A stretch of 64,000 bases of DNA from an uncultured Eubacteriales bacterium (GTDB lineage: Bacteria > Bacillota > Clostridia > Oscillospirales > CAG-272). A model generated the notes under the pieces. It saw nothing but the letters and a program-made list of their open reading frames with translations, did not search any database and was not told the DNA's origin. The translations under genes were made by a program, and so were the position numbers. Each line of letters opens with the position of its first letter. Positions within the stretch are counted from its first letter, which is position 1. Shown here in pieces: positions 48,878 through 58,771 of the stretch. The stretch is from positions 1,208 through 65,207 of the forward strand of contig CATKFO010000086.1 of assembly GCA_949747515.1 (NCBI GenBank), given 5' to 3'.

Positions 48878-49160
48878 ATAATTGATAATTATTCAAAGAG
48901 CGCGAACGACGTTTTACGGAGTCCGCGTTCTTTGGCATTTTAAAATGATTTCGTCTGCATATTTTTACGGCTATACTATCAGTATCCTCGGATATTTTTA
49001 TATTTTCGGAATTTCTCGAGCTCTCCGGCGAATATATTTATACAGAAGTATTATATCAAACGGAGCGCAGCGTGAAAAAAGAGAAAGCTTAGCTCGATAA
49101 AACTTTTCACGTACAATTTGCGTCTGACGGCGCGAACGGCGAGAAAGGCATGGTATTAAC

Positions 49161-49403
49161 ATGAAAATGTGCGATATGAAAGTTGGGGATATCGCCGCGG
49201 TGACTTTTGTGGGCGGCTCGGGACGAGAGAAAACGAGACTATTGGATCTTGGCTTTGTAAGGGGAACGTCTGTGACCGCGGTAGGACGCGCGCCCGGCGG
49301 AGATCCCATGGAAATAAATTTAAGGGGATATAATCTCGCCCTAAGACGGGACTCGGCTGCTTTGATCGAGGTCGTTCCGATAGGAAAGGCGGCTGCAAAT
49401 TGA
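49161..49403 (+). CDS. feoA: Ferrous iron transport protein A
   Basis: 80 aa with a FeoA SH3-like pattern (MKVGDIAAVTFVGG...LLDLGFVRGTSVT...GDPMEINLRGYNLALRR). Confidence 0.9.
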   Translation: MKMCDMKVGDIAAVTFVGGSGREKTRLLDLGFVRGTSVTAVGRAPGGDPMEINLRGYNLALRRDSAALIEVVPIGKAAAN

Positions 49404-51388
49404 CGGCGGCGCTGGTAGGAAATCCCAACTGCGGAAAGACCACTCTGTTCAACAAGCTTACCGGCTCCGACGTAAGAGTAGGAAACTTTCCTGGCGTTAC
49501 CGTATCCGTCAACGCTGGAACGATAAACGGACTTGAGGGGTGGGAACTCGCCGACCTGCCCGGAATATATTCTCTTTCCGGCATATCCGACGACGAACGA
49601 TGCGCGGCGAGTTTTCTCGAGGCTTCCGCTCCGGAGCTTTTGATTAACGTGATAGACGGCACGACTATTTCGCGCGGACTTTGGCTTACATTGCGTCTAA
49701 CGTCTCTGGATATTCCCATGATAGGAATCGTCACAATGATGGACGAGGTAGAGAGAAACGGAGTTCAAATAGACGCCGCGGCTCTTTCGCGCGAATTAGG
49801 CTTTCCGGTAATGGAGGTCAGCTCTTCCGACGAGGACCTTGAACAGCGAGTTCTTTCGGCTATCAAGCGCGGCGGGCGAATTCCGTGCGGACGCTGCGGA
49901 AGATCCTTTCGCAAGAGATGGTATTACGCCGATAGGGGATTAGGAGATTGTTTGAGTGAAATTGAAGACTTTTTTTCAAACTCGGATGAATCTTCTCTTT
50001 CGGCTGCGTTTCGCTCGGAGACCGCGTTTTTAAGAGAGCGTGAAAAACTGCCGTCTCGTTTGGCTACTATCGCCGCTAGTATAGAACGAGAGAGAGGAAT
50101 GAGCGCGGACGAAGCGCTGGCTAGCGCAGGATATAAAAGATCGGATGAAATATGCGCCGCATGCGTAAGCAAAATCTCGACTAAGCAGAACTCGGTCGGT
50201 CTTGCCGACAAAATATTGACGGGAAAATTTTCGCGTATATTTTTTGCAGCCGGCATTCTATCGGCGGTATGGTTTATTTTCGGAGTTTTTGCTCGTGAAG
50301 TTACCGCGCTTCTTGACGGAGGACTATTTTACGTAAGCTCCGTTTGTTCTAACTTGCTTAACGATATTCATGCGTCTCCGGTCGTGTCTGCCATAGTATG
50401 CGGCGGAATTATCGGAGGCGTGGGCAGCGTTTTATCCTTTCTTCCGGTGATACTGGCGTTTTTTCTTTTTCTTTCGGTTTTGGAGGACTCGGGGTACGCC
50501 TCGAGGGCCGCGTATATATTTGATTCTCCTATGAGGCGTATCGGTCTTTCAGGAAGATGCATAGTTCCTTTAATAACCGGCGGAGGCTGTTCTGTTCCGG
50601 CCATTATGTCCACCAGAACTCTTACGTCGGGCAAGGAACGCGCGCTTTGCATTTTTCTTATTCCATATGTAAGCTGCAGCGCTAAGATACCTGTTTATAC
50701 GACTCTCGCCGCCGCTTTTTTTGGTCGACGAAGCGGAGCCGCCGTAGTGTTTTTATGGTTTTTCTCATTGCTTGTCGGAATCGCCGCGTCGTCCGTTATC
50801 GGAAAAATTATAGGCGGCGGGAAAGATATTTTTGTTCTCGAGATGCCTCCGTACCGTATGCCGTCTCTCGGAAGCGTCGTCGCGGTAATGCGTAGGAGAA
50901 CTAGGGAGTTCATTTCCAAAGCGTTTGGAGTTATCTTTGTTTCGTCAGTCGCGATTAGTCTTCTCAGATCTTTGACTCCGGCGTTTACAATAGCGGATTC
51001 ACCCGCGGACAGTATGCTTATGAAGATAGGAGGCTTTATTTCTCCAATTTTTGCTCCCCTTGGATTTGGAACTGCTGCGTTCGCCGCCGCAGCGGTATGC
51101 GGAATTACGGCTAAAGAGGCCGTCGTTAGTACCCTTGCCGTCGTATTGTCGTCTCCGGGCTCGGCGTTTACTTCATCCTTGACGTCGGCGGTTTCTCCTG
51201 CCGGAGGCGTTGCGTTTCTTGTTTTTGTAGCTTTAGGCGTTCCATGCGTCGCGTCGCTTTCCGCTGTGAAACGAGAATTAAATTTTGGCCGCGCCGCGCT
51301 TCTTGTTTTAGCATGGGGTACGGTTTCGTACGTATTGTCTTTCGTCGCGTACCTTGCCGTGCGCGCGATTACGACGGCGGGTCTGTAA
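49400..51388 (+). CDS. feoB: Ferrous iron transport protein B
   Basis: The N-terminal G domain (GNPNCGKTTLFN, DLPG) plus a polytopic permease. TTG start overlaps the feoA stop (TTGA). Confidence 0.93.
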   Translation: MTAALVGNPNCGKTTLFNKLTGSDVRVGNFPGVTVSVNAGTINGLEGWELADLPGIYSLSGISDDERCAASFLEASAPELLINVIDGTTISRGLWLTLRLTSLDIPMIGIVTMMDEVERNGVQIDAAALSRELGFPVMEVSSSDEDLEQRVLSAIKRGGRIPCGRCGRSFRKRWYYADRGLGDCLSEIEDFFSNSDESSLSAAFRSETAFLREREKLPSRLATIAASIERERGMSADEALASAGYKRSDEICAACVSKISTKQNSVGLADKILTGKFSRIFFAAGILSAVWFIFGVFAREVTALLDGGLFYVSSVCSNLLNDIHASPVVSAIVCGGIIGGVGSVLSFLPVILAFFLFLSVLEDSGYASRAAYIFDSPMRRIGLSGRCIVPLITGGGCSVPAIMSTRTLTSGKERALCIFLIPYVSCSAKIPVYTTLAAAFFGRRSGAAVVFLWFFSLLVGIAASSVIGKIIGGGKDIFVLEMPPYRMPSLGSVVAVMRRRTREFISKAFGVIFVSSVAISLLRSLTPAFTIADSPADSMLMKIGGFISPIFAPLGFGTAAFAAAAVCGITAKEAVVSTLAVVLSSPGSAFTSSLTSAVSPAGGVAFLVFVALGVPCVASLSAVKRELNFGRAALLVLAWGTVSYVLSFVAYLAVRAITTAGL

Positions 51389-51445
51389 TCTTCTCAAGAA
51401 TAGTTTTTTACATACATATTCCTGTGAAAAATTTTTGCTCAGATA

Positions 51446-51474
51446 TTGAAAAAAATTTTTTTGTGTGATATACT
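51446..51474 (+). promoter_or_regulatory. Promoter of the hyd maturation operon leader
   Basis: TTGAAA-17 nt-TATACT with a TGa extended -10. Confidence 0.55.
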
Positions 51475-51592
51475 TGTTTTATAAACCCCAAGCTGCGAGT
51501 GATTTCTCAGGCGAGGCGTTTTAAGATATTGTTTAACTGACGCGAAGGAAATTCCTACGCGGAAGAAATACGGTTATGATAGAACTATATCT

Positions 51593-51621
51593 GAACGCGC
51601 TTCGGCGCGTTCTTTTTCTTT
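51593..51621 (+). terminator. Intrinsic terminator inside the hyd leader (attenuator)
   Basis: GAACGCGC-ttcg-GCGCGTTC followed by TTTTTCTTT. It lies ~115 nt after the predicted TSS and 50 nt before the first hyd-cluster ORF. Confidence 0.75.
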
Positions 51622-51670
51622 ATAAAAGACGAATCATTCTCTACGGGAAAAATTTATAAGGACTGGTTGT

Positions 51671-51919
51671 ATGGAGAGCAGAGTCGCTATTATCGGTATA
51701 ATAGTAGAAAATAACGGACAAATAGATAGATTGAACGAATTGCTTCATTCTTACGGCGAATACATTATCGGGCGTATGGGCTTGCCTTACCGAGCGCGGA
51801 ATATCAGCATAATTTCCGTCGCTATCGACGCGCCGCAGGACGTCGTCAGCGCGTTGTCGGGAAAACTCGGTCGTCTCGACGGAATCAGTACTAAAACTAT
51901 ATATTCAAGTCAAAAATAA
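51671..51919 (+). CDS. TM1266-family putative iron-only hydrogenase system regulator (NikR-C/ACT-like, no DNA-binding domain)
   Basis: 82 aa, RVAIIGIIVENNGQIDRLNELLHSYGEYIIGRMGLPYR...ISIISVAIDAP. It sits in the characteristic position directly upstream of hydE-hydG-hydF. Confidence 0.75.
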   Translation: MESRVAIIGIIVENNGQIDRLNELLHSYGEYIIGRMGLPYRARNISIISVAIDAPQDVVSALSGKLGRLDGISTKTIYSSQK

Positions 51920-52031
51920 CGCGCTTTAAATTTTTAATTGATGAGTCTTCTAAAGAGAAAGCCGGATGGACATAGAATTGTCCGAGTCTTCTCAAAAAGC
52001 GTTTGCTAACCGTTAAAATAAAGGAGGGAAG

Positions 52032-53096
52032 ATGAAAATGAAGCTGAAAGGCGCGATAGACTGTCTGCGCGAAGGCGGTATTCCTTCCGACTCCGAGCTG
52101 ACGGAGCTTCTGCACGTTTCGGATTGCTGCGAAGCAGAAGAATATTTGTTCAAGTCGGCTCGAGAGGTTCGCGACAAAATATACGGCCCCACAGTGTTCG
52201 CACGCGGTTTGATCGAAGCGTCCGGATACTGTAAAAACGATTGTCTCTATTGTGGATTAAGACGGAGCAACGGCAAAGCTGAACGTTATCGCTTGACTAA
52301 AGACGATATTATGACCTCGGTCTGCGCCGGATATGGTATGGGGTTCCGCACGTTTGTGCTTCAAGGGGGAGAGGACGGATATTTTACCGACGAGGTTCTT
52401 TCAGACATTATTTCATCGATTAAGGATCGCTATTCCGACTGCGCCGTTACGCTTTCATTTGGGGAGCGGAGCCGCGAGAGCTATCGCAGACTTAGAGAGG
52501 CGGGCGCCGACAGATATCTTTTGCGCCATGAAACGGCTACTCCAGAGCATTACGCTCGGCTGCACCCGAAAGAAATGTCGTTTGGCAATCGTATAAAATG
52601 TCTTGAGAATCTAAAGGAACTTGGATATCAGGTAGGATGCGGATTTATGGTAGGCTCGCCCTATCAAACGGACGAGGACGTTTTGAGGGATTTAAGATTT
52701 ATCAGAAATTTTAAACCGCACATGGCGGGAATAGGTCCTTTTATACCTCACGGCGACACTCCTTTTAAAAGTTTCCACGCGGGCTGCGTCGGACTTACCG
52801 TCAGATGTCTCGCAATAGTAAGACTAATGGTTCCCGATATTTTGCTGCCCGCTACTACGGCCCTTGCAACTTTATCTGATGAAGGAAGAGTCCGAGGATT
52901 TCTAGCGGGAGCGAACGTGGTTATGCCCAATCTTTCTCCTGAAGAGGCAAGGGGGAAATATTCGCTTTACGACGGAAAGAAAAATACCGGAGCTGAGAGC
53001 GCGGAGGGGCTGGCTATTCTTGAAAGCGAAGCATTAAGCGCGGGCTGCCGCCTTTCTATGAGCCGCGGAGATCATGCCGATATGAGAAAATATTAA
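52032..53096 (+). CDS. hydE: [FeFe]-hydrogenase H-cluster radical-SAM maturase HydE
   Basis: CKNDCLYCGLRRSN radical-SAM cluster motif, a BioB-like fold, and synteny with hydG and hydF. The start may be ATG 52038. Confidence 0.9.
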   Translation: MKMKLKGAIDCLREGGIPSDSELTELLHVSDCCEAEEYLFKSAREVRDKIYGPTVFARGLIEASGYCKNDCLYCGLRRSNGKAERYRLTKDDIMTSVCAGYGMGFRTFVLQGGEDGYFTDEVLSDIISSIKDRYSDCAVTLSFGERSRESYRRLREAGADRYLLRHETATPEHYARLHPKEMSFGNRIKCLENLKELGYQVGCGFMVGSPYQTDEDVLRDLRFIRNFKPHMAGIGPFIPHGDTPFKSFHAGCVGLTVRCLAIVRLMVPDILLPATTALATLSDEGRVRGFLAGANVVMPNLSPEEARGKYSLYDGKKNTGAESAEGLAILESEALSAGCRLSMSRGDHADMRKY

Positions 53097-53122
53097 AATG
53101 AATTTGAAAGAAGGTCACAGAT

Positions 53123-54538
53123 ATGTACAATCCAAAATCACTGAAGGCTGAGGAATTTATTTCTCATGAAGAAATTCTCGAATCGCTGGATTTCGCGGAA
53201 AGCCATAAAAACGACGCCGCGCTTATAAACGAAATACTTGAAAAGGCCGCGAAGCGAAAGGGAATATCTCATAGAGAAGCGTCGGTTCTTCTCGCCTGCG
53301 AGGATAAAAACGTTATTGAAAAGATAAACAAGCTCGCGATGGAAATAAAGAGAGATTTTTACGGCAATCGTATCGTTATGTTCGCGCCTCTCTATTTATC
53401 CAACTACTGCGTAAACGGATGCACATACTGTCCGTACCACCTTAAAAACAAGCGCATCGCTCGTAAAAAACTTACGCAGGACGAGGTTAGACGCGAGGTA
53501 ATCGCGCTTCAGGATATGGGTCATAAGAGACTGGCTATTGAGTCGGGCGAGGACCCGGTAAACAATCCTATCGAATATATTCTCGAATGTATAGACACTA
53601 TATATTCTATAAAGCACAAAAACGGAGCGATCAGACGAGTCAACGTTAATATTGCCGCGACAACCGTGGAGAATTATAGGAGACTTAAGGACGCCGGCAT
53701 AGGAACGTATATTCTGTTTCAGGAAACATATTGTAAAGAAAGCTACGAAAGTCTTCATCCTACCGGGCCGAAGCATGATTACGCGTACCATACGGAAGCT
53801 ATGGACCGCGCGATGGAGGGCGGAATCGACGACGTTGGTCTTGGCGTCCTTTTCGGACTTGAGCTTTACAAATACGAGCTGTGCGGACTTCTCATGCACG
53901 CGGAGCATTTGGAGGCCGTGCACGGCGTAGGACCGCATACCATAAGCATGCCGCGTATCAAGCGCGCGGACGATATCGATCCAGATGCGTTTGATAATGG
54001 AATCGACGACGATATTTTTGCAAAGCTGTGCGCCATAATCCGCATCTCAGTTCCGTACACGGGAATGATTATTTCAACGCGCGAGAGCGCGGAGGTGAGA
54101 GCGCGAATGCTTCGCCTTGGAGTTTCGCAGATCAGCGGAGCGTCTCGCACGTCTGTCGGCGGATATACCGAGGAAGTACGTCCTACTGATACGGAGCAAT
54201 TTGACGTTTCCGATCAGAGAACGCTCGACGAAGTTGTGCGCTGGCTGATGGAAAGCGGATTTATTCCGTCCTTCTGTACCGCTTGTTACCGGGAAGGCAG
54301 AACTGGAGATCGCTTTATGTCGCTTCTGAAGAGCGGAAAAATACACGACTGCTGTCACCCTAACGCGCTTATGACCCTTAAAGAATTTCTTGAGGATTAT
54401 GCGTCGGAGGAGACTAAACGCATAGGCGACGATCTGATAAAACGCGAGCTTGAAAATATTCCGACGGACAAAATTAGGAATATTTGCAGTCGCAATCTGG
54501 AAGAAATAACCGAAGGTCGGCGAGATTTCAGATTCTGA
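53123..54538 (+). CDS. hydG: [FeFe]-hydrogenase H-cluster radical-SAM maturase HydG
   Basis: CVNGCTYCPY, ThiH-like, and a C-terminal auxiliary cluster motif CTACYREG...DCCHPN. Confidence 0.93.
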   Translation: MYNPKSLKAEEFISHEEILESLDFAESHKNDAALINEILEKAAKRKGISHREASVLLACEDKNVIEKINKLAMEIKRDFYGNRIVMFAPLYLSNYCVNGCTYCPYHLKNKRIARKKLTQDEVRREVIALQDMGHKRLAIESGEDPVNNPIEYILECIDTIYSIKHKNGAIRRVNVNIAATTVENYRRLKDAGIGTYILFQETYCKESYESLHPTGPKHDYAYHTEAMDRAMEGGIDDVGLGVLFGLELYKYELCGLLMHAEHLEAVHGVGPHTISMPRIKRADDIDPDAFDNGIDDDIFAKLCAIIRISVPYTGMIISTRESAEVRARMLRLGVSQISGASRTSVGGYTEEVRPTDTEQFDVSDQRTLDEVVRWLMESGFIPSFCTACYREGRTGDRFMSLLKSGKIHDCCHPNALMTLKEFLEDYASEETKRIGDDLIKRELENIPTDKIRNICSRNLEEITEGRRDFRF

Positions 54539-54590
54539 GTTTTTTCGCGTAAAAGCTGTATTAAAACTATATAAAACAGGAGGAATAGTT

Positions 54591-55808
54591 ATGCTGTCGT
54601 CATTAAACGGAACCCCGTCCTCGGAAAGAACTCATATTGCTTTTTTTGGAAGAAGAAACACGGGAAAATCAAGCGTAGTAAACGCTGTGACAGGACAGGA
54701 ATTGTCCATTGTTTCCGATTACAAAGGGACTACTACCGATCCGGTTTATAAAGCGATGGAATTGCTTCCTATGGGACCCGTGGTCGTCATAGATACTCCC
54801 GGTATAGACGACGAAGGCGAAGTTGGATTACTGCGCGTAGAGAGAGCCCGCCGCGTACTGAACAAGACTGACGTCGCTGTTCTTGTGATCGACTCGTCCG
54901 TCGGATTTACTGATGATGATAAAGTTCTTATGGAAGCGATAAAAGAGAAGAATATTCCTCTCGTCGTAGCGTTGAACAAATCTGATCTCTTCGTCGTTTC
55001 TGAAAAAGAAGCGGCCGAAGAGATTCCCGCGGAGTACGTTCAGGTGAGCGCAAAAAACGGAGACGGTATATATCGGCTCAAGGAGCGCATAGCCGCTTTA
55101 GCCGGCCGTCAAAATTTTCGCCGTATTATAGGCGACAGACTATCCGCGGGAGATCACGTGGTATTGGTAACGCCGATCGATTCCTCGGCTCCCAAAGGCA
55201 GGATGATTTTGCCTCAGGTAATGACGATAAGGGATATACTCGATTCTTTCGCTTTTTGTACGGTTACTCAAACAGATCAGCTCTCTTCAGCGCTCGATTC
55301 ATTTAAAAGGGCGCCGAAGCTTGTGGCGACGGACAGTCAGGCGTTTGACAAGGTTAAGGATATTGTTCCTGAGAACGTTCCGCTTACGTCCTTTTCAATT
55401 CTTATGGCGGGGTATAAAGGAATATTGTCGAACGCCGTTCGAGGGGCCGGGGCGTTGAAGAATTTGAAGGACGGCGACAACGTATTGATTTGCGAAGGAT
55501 GCACTCATCACAGACAATGCGAAGACATAGGAACCGTAAAACTGCCAGGATGGATACGAAGCTATACCGGAGCCGAGCCGAATTTTGAATTTACTTCAGG
55601 TGGAGATTTTCCGGAAAATCTTGAAAAATATGATCTTGTCGTACATTGCGGAGGCTGTATGCTTTCTGAGAGAGAGATGCTTTGGCGGCAAAAATGCGCG
55701 GCCGGAACGGTACCGTTTACGAATTACGGCGTCGCAATCGCATTGATGAACGGAATACTGCAAAGAAGTCTCGAAATTTTTCCAGAGCTTTATAAAATTA
55801 TCTCATGA
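54591..55808 (+). CDS. hydF: [FeFe]-hydrogenase maturation GTPase HydF
   Basis: G1 GRRNTGKSS, DTPG, NKSD, and C-terminal cluster ligands CEGCTHH...HCGGC. Confidence 0.93.
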   Translation: MLSSLNGTPSSERTHIAFFGRRNTGKSSVVNAVTGQELSIVSDYKGTTTDPVYKAMELLPMGPVVVIDTPGIDDEGEVGLLRVERARRVLNKTDVAVLVIDSSVGFTDDDKVLMEAIKEKNIPLVVALNKSDLFVVSEKEAAEEIPAEYVQVSAKNGDGIYRLKERIAALAGRQNFRRIIGDRLSAGDHVVLVTPIDSSAPKGRMILPQVMTIRDILDSFAFCTVTQTDQLSSALDSFKRAPKLVATDSQAFDKVKDIVPENVPLTSFSILMAGYKGILSNAVRGAGALKNLKDGDNVLICEGCTHHRQCEDIGTVKLPGWIRSYTGAEPNFEFTSGGDFPENLEKYDLVVHCGGCMLSEREMLWRQKCAAGTVPFTNYGVAIALMNGILQRSLEIFPELYKIIS

Positions 55809-55957
55809 CTTTTTCTTTATCATGGGCGAATCGTAATTATCCGTAGTTTATAGCGCTTGCTAAGCTATAATCGTTAAATTCTTCGTACTTCAAAAAGTAA
55901 GTTTTTACTTCTGTAAAACAAATTTGTTATTTTGTCACAATTATTTTACTAATTTCA

Positions 55958-55990
55958 ATCTTTGCACTTTAATAGGTGCAAAGATTTTCC
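55958..55990 (+). terminator. Hairpin terminator downstream of hydF
   Basis: ATCTTTGCAC-tttaatag-GTGCAAAGAT followed by TTTCC (a short T-run). Confidence 0.5.
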
Positions 55991-56065
55991 ATTATGCGGA
56001 TAAAATTGTTATGAGCAATAGATATTTATTGGTAATTCCGATGTGTGTTTTAGGAGGAGTTGTGA

Positions 56066-56308
56066 ATGGATGCGAACGTTGAGAAGCGAATAGGCCGAAA
56101 TATTCGAGATATACGCGTGAGCAATAACTTGACGCAGGAAGTTTTGTCGGCAAAATTGCAGCTTGCCGGCTGCGACGTAACTAGAAGCGCGTTGGCTAAG
56201 ATAGAGGTTGGGCAGAGACATTTATATCTGGACGAGCTGTTAATTATTAAAGAAACGCTTAACACTGATTTTGATACGATTTTTTACGGATTGAAAAAAT
56301 CAGAGTAA
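56066..56308 (+). CDS. XRE-family helix-turn-helix transcriptional regulator
   Basis: 80 aa, IGRNIRDIRVSNNLTQEVLSAKLQLAGCDVTRSALAKIEVGQR, with AGGAGG upstream. Confidence 0.85.
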   Translation: MDANVEKRIGRNIRDIRVSNNLTQEVLSAKLQLAGCDVTRSALAKIEVGQRHLYLDELLIIKETLNTDFDTIFYGLKKSE

Positions 56309-56383
56309 CTATAGTTTTAGAAAATTTTATTGAAGTATAACAAAATATGCAGATGAATAAAGCCGAAAAGGAGTTCTGTAAGA

Positions 56384-58669
56384 ATGATAAATAAGCTGCG
56401 TATTGAAACAGACAGACCTTTGTTCGTGTTTTCTTTTTCGGTTTTTGCGTGTTCGGCGGCGATTTCCGGTTGGCAGGGAAAGTATAAATTACTTTTGCTG
56501 ATAGTTAGCTCTATCATGCTCTCTTTATTCGTTTTCTCCACTTTGCTTAAACGGCGGAAATCAAACAATCATGAAGCTGACCGGAGCGGAGCGAATCAGC
56601 GCGTAGCCCCGGCGAGAAATATTTTAATTTTAGCGCTTTGCGCTGGTATTGTTTCCTCTTTCTCGTCTTATATAATAAACATTCGTATGGAGTCTGCGAA
56701 TAAATACGACGGCGAGCAAACCTACTTATCGGCTACGATTATTAAAGCCGAGTATTCGTCTTCATATTACGGATACGTTACGGCTCGCGCGGAATTTCCG
56801 GATGGAAAAACAAGAACCGTGTTTTTAGGGGCGCCGGACGGAAGCTTTTCGCGAGGAGACGTTATGGAATGCGTCGCCAAATTGCGGTCGGTAGAGAAAG
56901 AAGATACGAGTAGGATTTCCGACGGAATTTTTCTCATTGGAGAGTGTGAAACCGCCGTAAGAATTGGAACCGACGACAGGTTTTCTCCGATTTCATTTTT
57001 CGCCGGCGTAAACGAGAAGCTAACCGCTAAGCTCTATTCTAGCGCGGAAGAAGACGCGGCGTCGCTTTCCTCGGCCGTATTGTTAGGAAACCGATCAGGC
57101 CTGAACTTGTCGGCAAGACGGGATTTTACGCGTCTTGGCGTATCTCACCTGCTCGCTATAAGCGGACTTCATCTTTCGGCGCTTACGGCCATGCTTGAGG
57201 CTGTTCTTATAAAAGCTGGGGCTAAGCGGAGATTGCGCGGAGCGGTTCTTATACCGTCCGTCGTTATATTTATGGGGATCACAGGCTTTTCTCCATCCGT
57301 TTTGCGCGCCGGCTTTATGCATATTATAAGAATATTCGGAACGCTTATAGGACGAAAAAGCGATCCGTGGACGTCTCTTGGAGTCGCCGCAGCGCTGATT
57401 GTTCTTGTGAATCCGTGCTCTGCTTTTGACGTAAGACTGCTGCTTTCAGTCGCCTCGGCCTTTGCGTGCGTTTCTTTCGCGTCTATGTCGTCTCGCAGAA
57501 TTAGGAGTAGGAGTCCAATTCGCAGAGCCGCTTATACGGCGATCGATACTTTAAAGCTTACGGTATATATTACGGCGTTTACGATTCCGATATCATGGGG
57601 AAAGTTCGGATCTCTGCCTATCTTGTCTCCGCTGTCAAACTTGATATTTATACCTTTGATGACGGCGTATATGTATTTGTCTGTTCTGCTTATTATTCTT
57701 TTCCCGTTTCCACATTTATTCGGAGCAACGTCGCGCGCGGCCGCCGCTTTTGCGAGGCTGATTTTTGGAATTTCTTCTCGTCTTGCGGCTCCCGGATGGG
57801 TAACGGTGTCTTTGCGCTACGAAGCCGCTGGAATTTTTGCGTGGATTTTGTTTGTATGCGTCTTTATAACGGTGTTTTTAAAGCGTAAACGTTTCGGATA
57901 TCTGTTTTCCGCCGTCTCAGCGGTGTGTTTAGCCATATGCATAGCCGTCGGAATGATTTTTCAAAGCGGAACAAGTGAAATTGTATTTTTGAATAAAAAT
58001 AAAAACGACGGCTTTATAATTCGCGACGGTCACAGGTACACGGCCATAGACGTATCTTCCGGATCATCTTCATTTTTATACGACTTACTCCGCGAGGCGG
58101 ATTCTTCTAATGCGGTGGAGATAGAAACGTTGGCGCTAACGCATTACCATTCCGGACATACCGGCTCGGTAGGCGACGCTATAAAACGTTGGAAGGTAAG
58201 AAAGATTCTTATGCCTGTTCCGGAAAATGAAAAAGATATGTCGGTCGCAGATTCATTGCTGCTTTCGTGCAGCAAAGAAGGCGTGGAGACGATTTTTTAT
58301 AAACGGGATAATGGAAGCGTGGCGGTAGACGGAAACGTCAAACTTCATTTTTACGATTATACTATGCTTTCTCGCTCGACTCATCCTTTAATATGCTTTT
58401 CCGCAGAGATAGGAGAAGAAAGGTTTACATATCTTGGCTCGTCTTTTTTTGAAGCGGGCGAAGTTGCTGCGGCAGACGCGGAAACAGCTGGAATTGTGTT
58501 TTTCGGAGCTCATCCCCCTAAAAATAAAAAGGGAGGCTCCATGATTGTTCAGGGAGACGCGGTATTTACGAATATAGCCTATGAATTTTGGTCGGAGTTT
58601 TCAGCAATATCTGGAGGCGACAGTATCGTTTTGCCCTCCGGCGGAGGAGTATACAGAAAGGAAAGCTGA
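56384..58669 (+). CDS. comEC: ComEC/Rec2-family DNA internalisation channel protein with a C-terminal metallo-beta-lactamase domain
   Basis: 761 aa with a polytopic competence domain (GVSHLLAISGLHLS) and an MBL motif (LTHYHSGHTG). Confidence 0.88.
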   Translation: MINKLRIETDRPLFVFSFSVFACSAAISGWQGKYKLLLLIVSSIMLSLFVFSTLLKRRKSNNHEADRSGANQRVAPARNILILALCAGIVSSFSSYIINIRMESANKYDGEQTYLSATIIKAEYSSSYYGYVTARAEFPDGKTRTVFLGAPDGSFSRGDVMECVAKLRSVEKEDTSRISDGIFLIGECETAVRIGTDDRFSPISFFAGVNEKLTAKLYSSAEEDAASLSSAVLLGNRSGLNLSARRDFTRLGVSHLLAISGLHLSALTAMLEAVLIKAGAKRRLRGAVLIPSVVIFMGITGFSPSVLRAGFMHIIRIFGTLIGRKSDPWTSLGVAAALIVLVNPCSAFDVRLLLSVASAFACVSFASMSSRRIRSRSPIRRAAYTAIDTLKLTVYITAFTIPISWGKFGSLPILSPLSNLIFIPLMTAYMYLSVLLIILFPFPHLFGATSRAAAAFARLIFGISSRLAAPGWVTVSLRYEAAGIFAWILFVCVFITVFLKRKRFGYLFSAVSAVCLAICIAVGMIFQSGTSEIVFLNKNKNDGFIIRDGHRYTAIDVSSGSSSFLYDLLREADSSNAVEIETLALTHYHSGHTGSVGDAIKRWKVRKILMPVPENEKDMSVADSLLLSCSKEGVETIFYKRDNGSVAVDGNVKLHFYDYTMLSRSTHPLICFSAEIGEERFTYLGSSFFEAGEVAAADAETAGIVFFGAHPPKNKKGGSMIVQGDAVFTNIAYEFWSEFSAISGGDSIVLPSGGGVYRKES

Positions 58670-58771
58670 AAAAAGTGGTTTTGATCGGTTATGCAGTTAA
58701 ATATTAAATTAGCGGTAAGTTAATTACGCAACTATTTACGCAGCATAATAGACGGCGGCATGGAGGGTATT

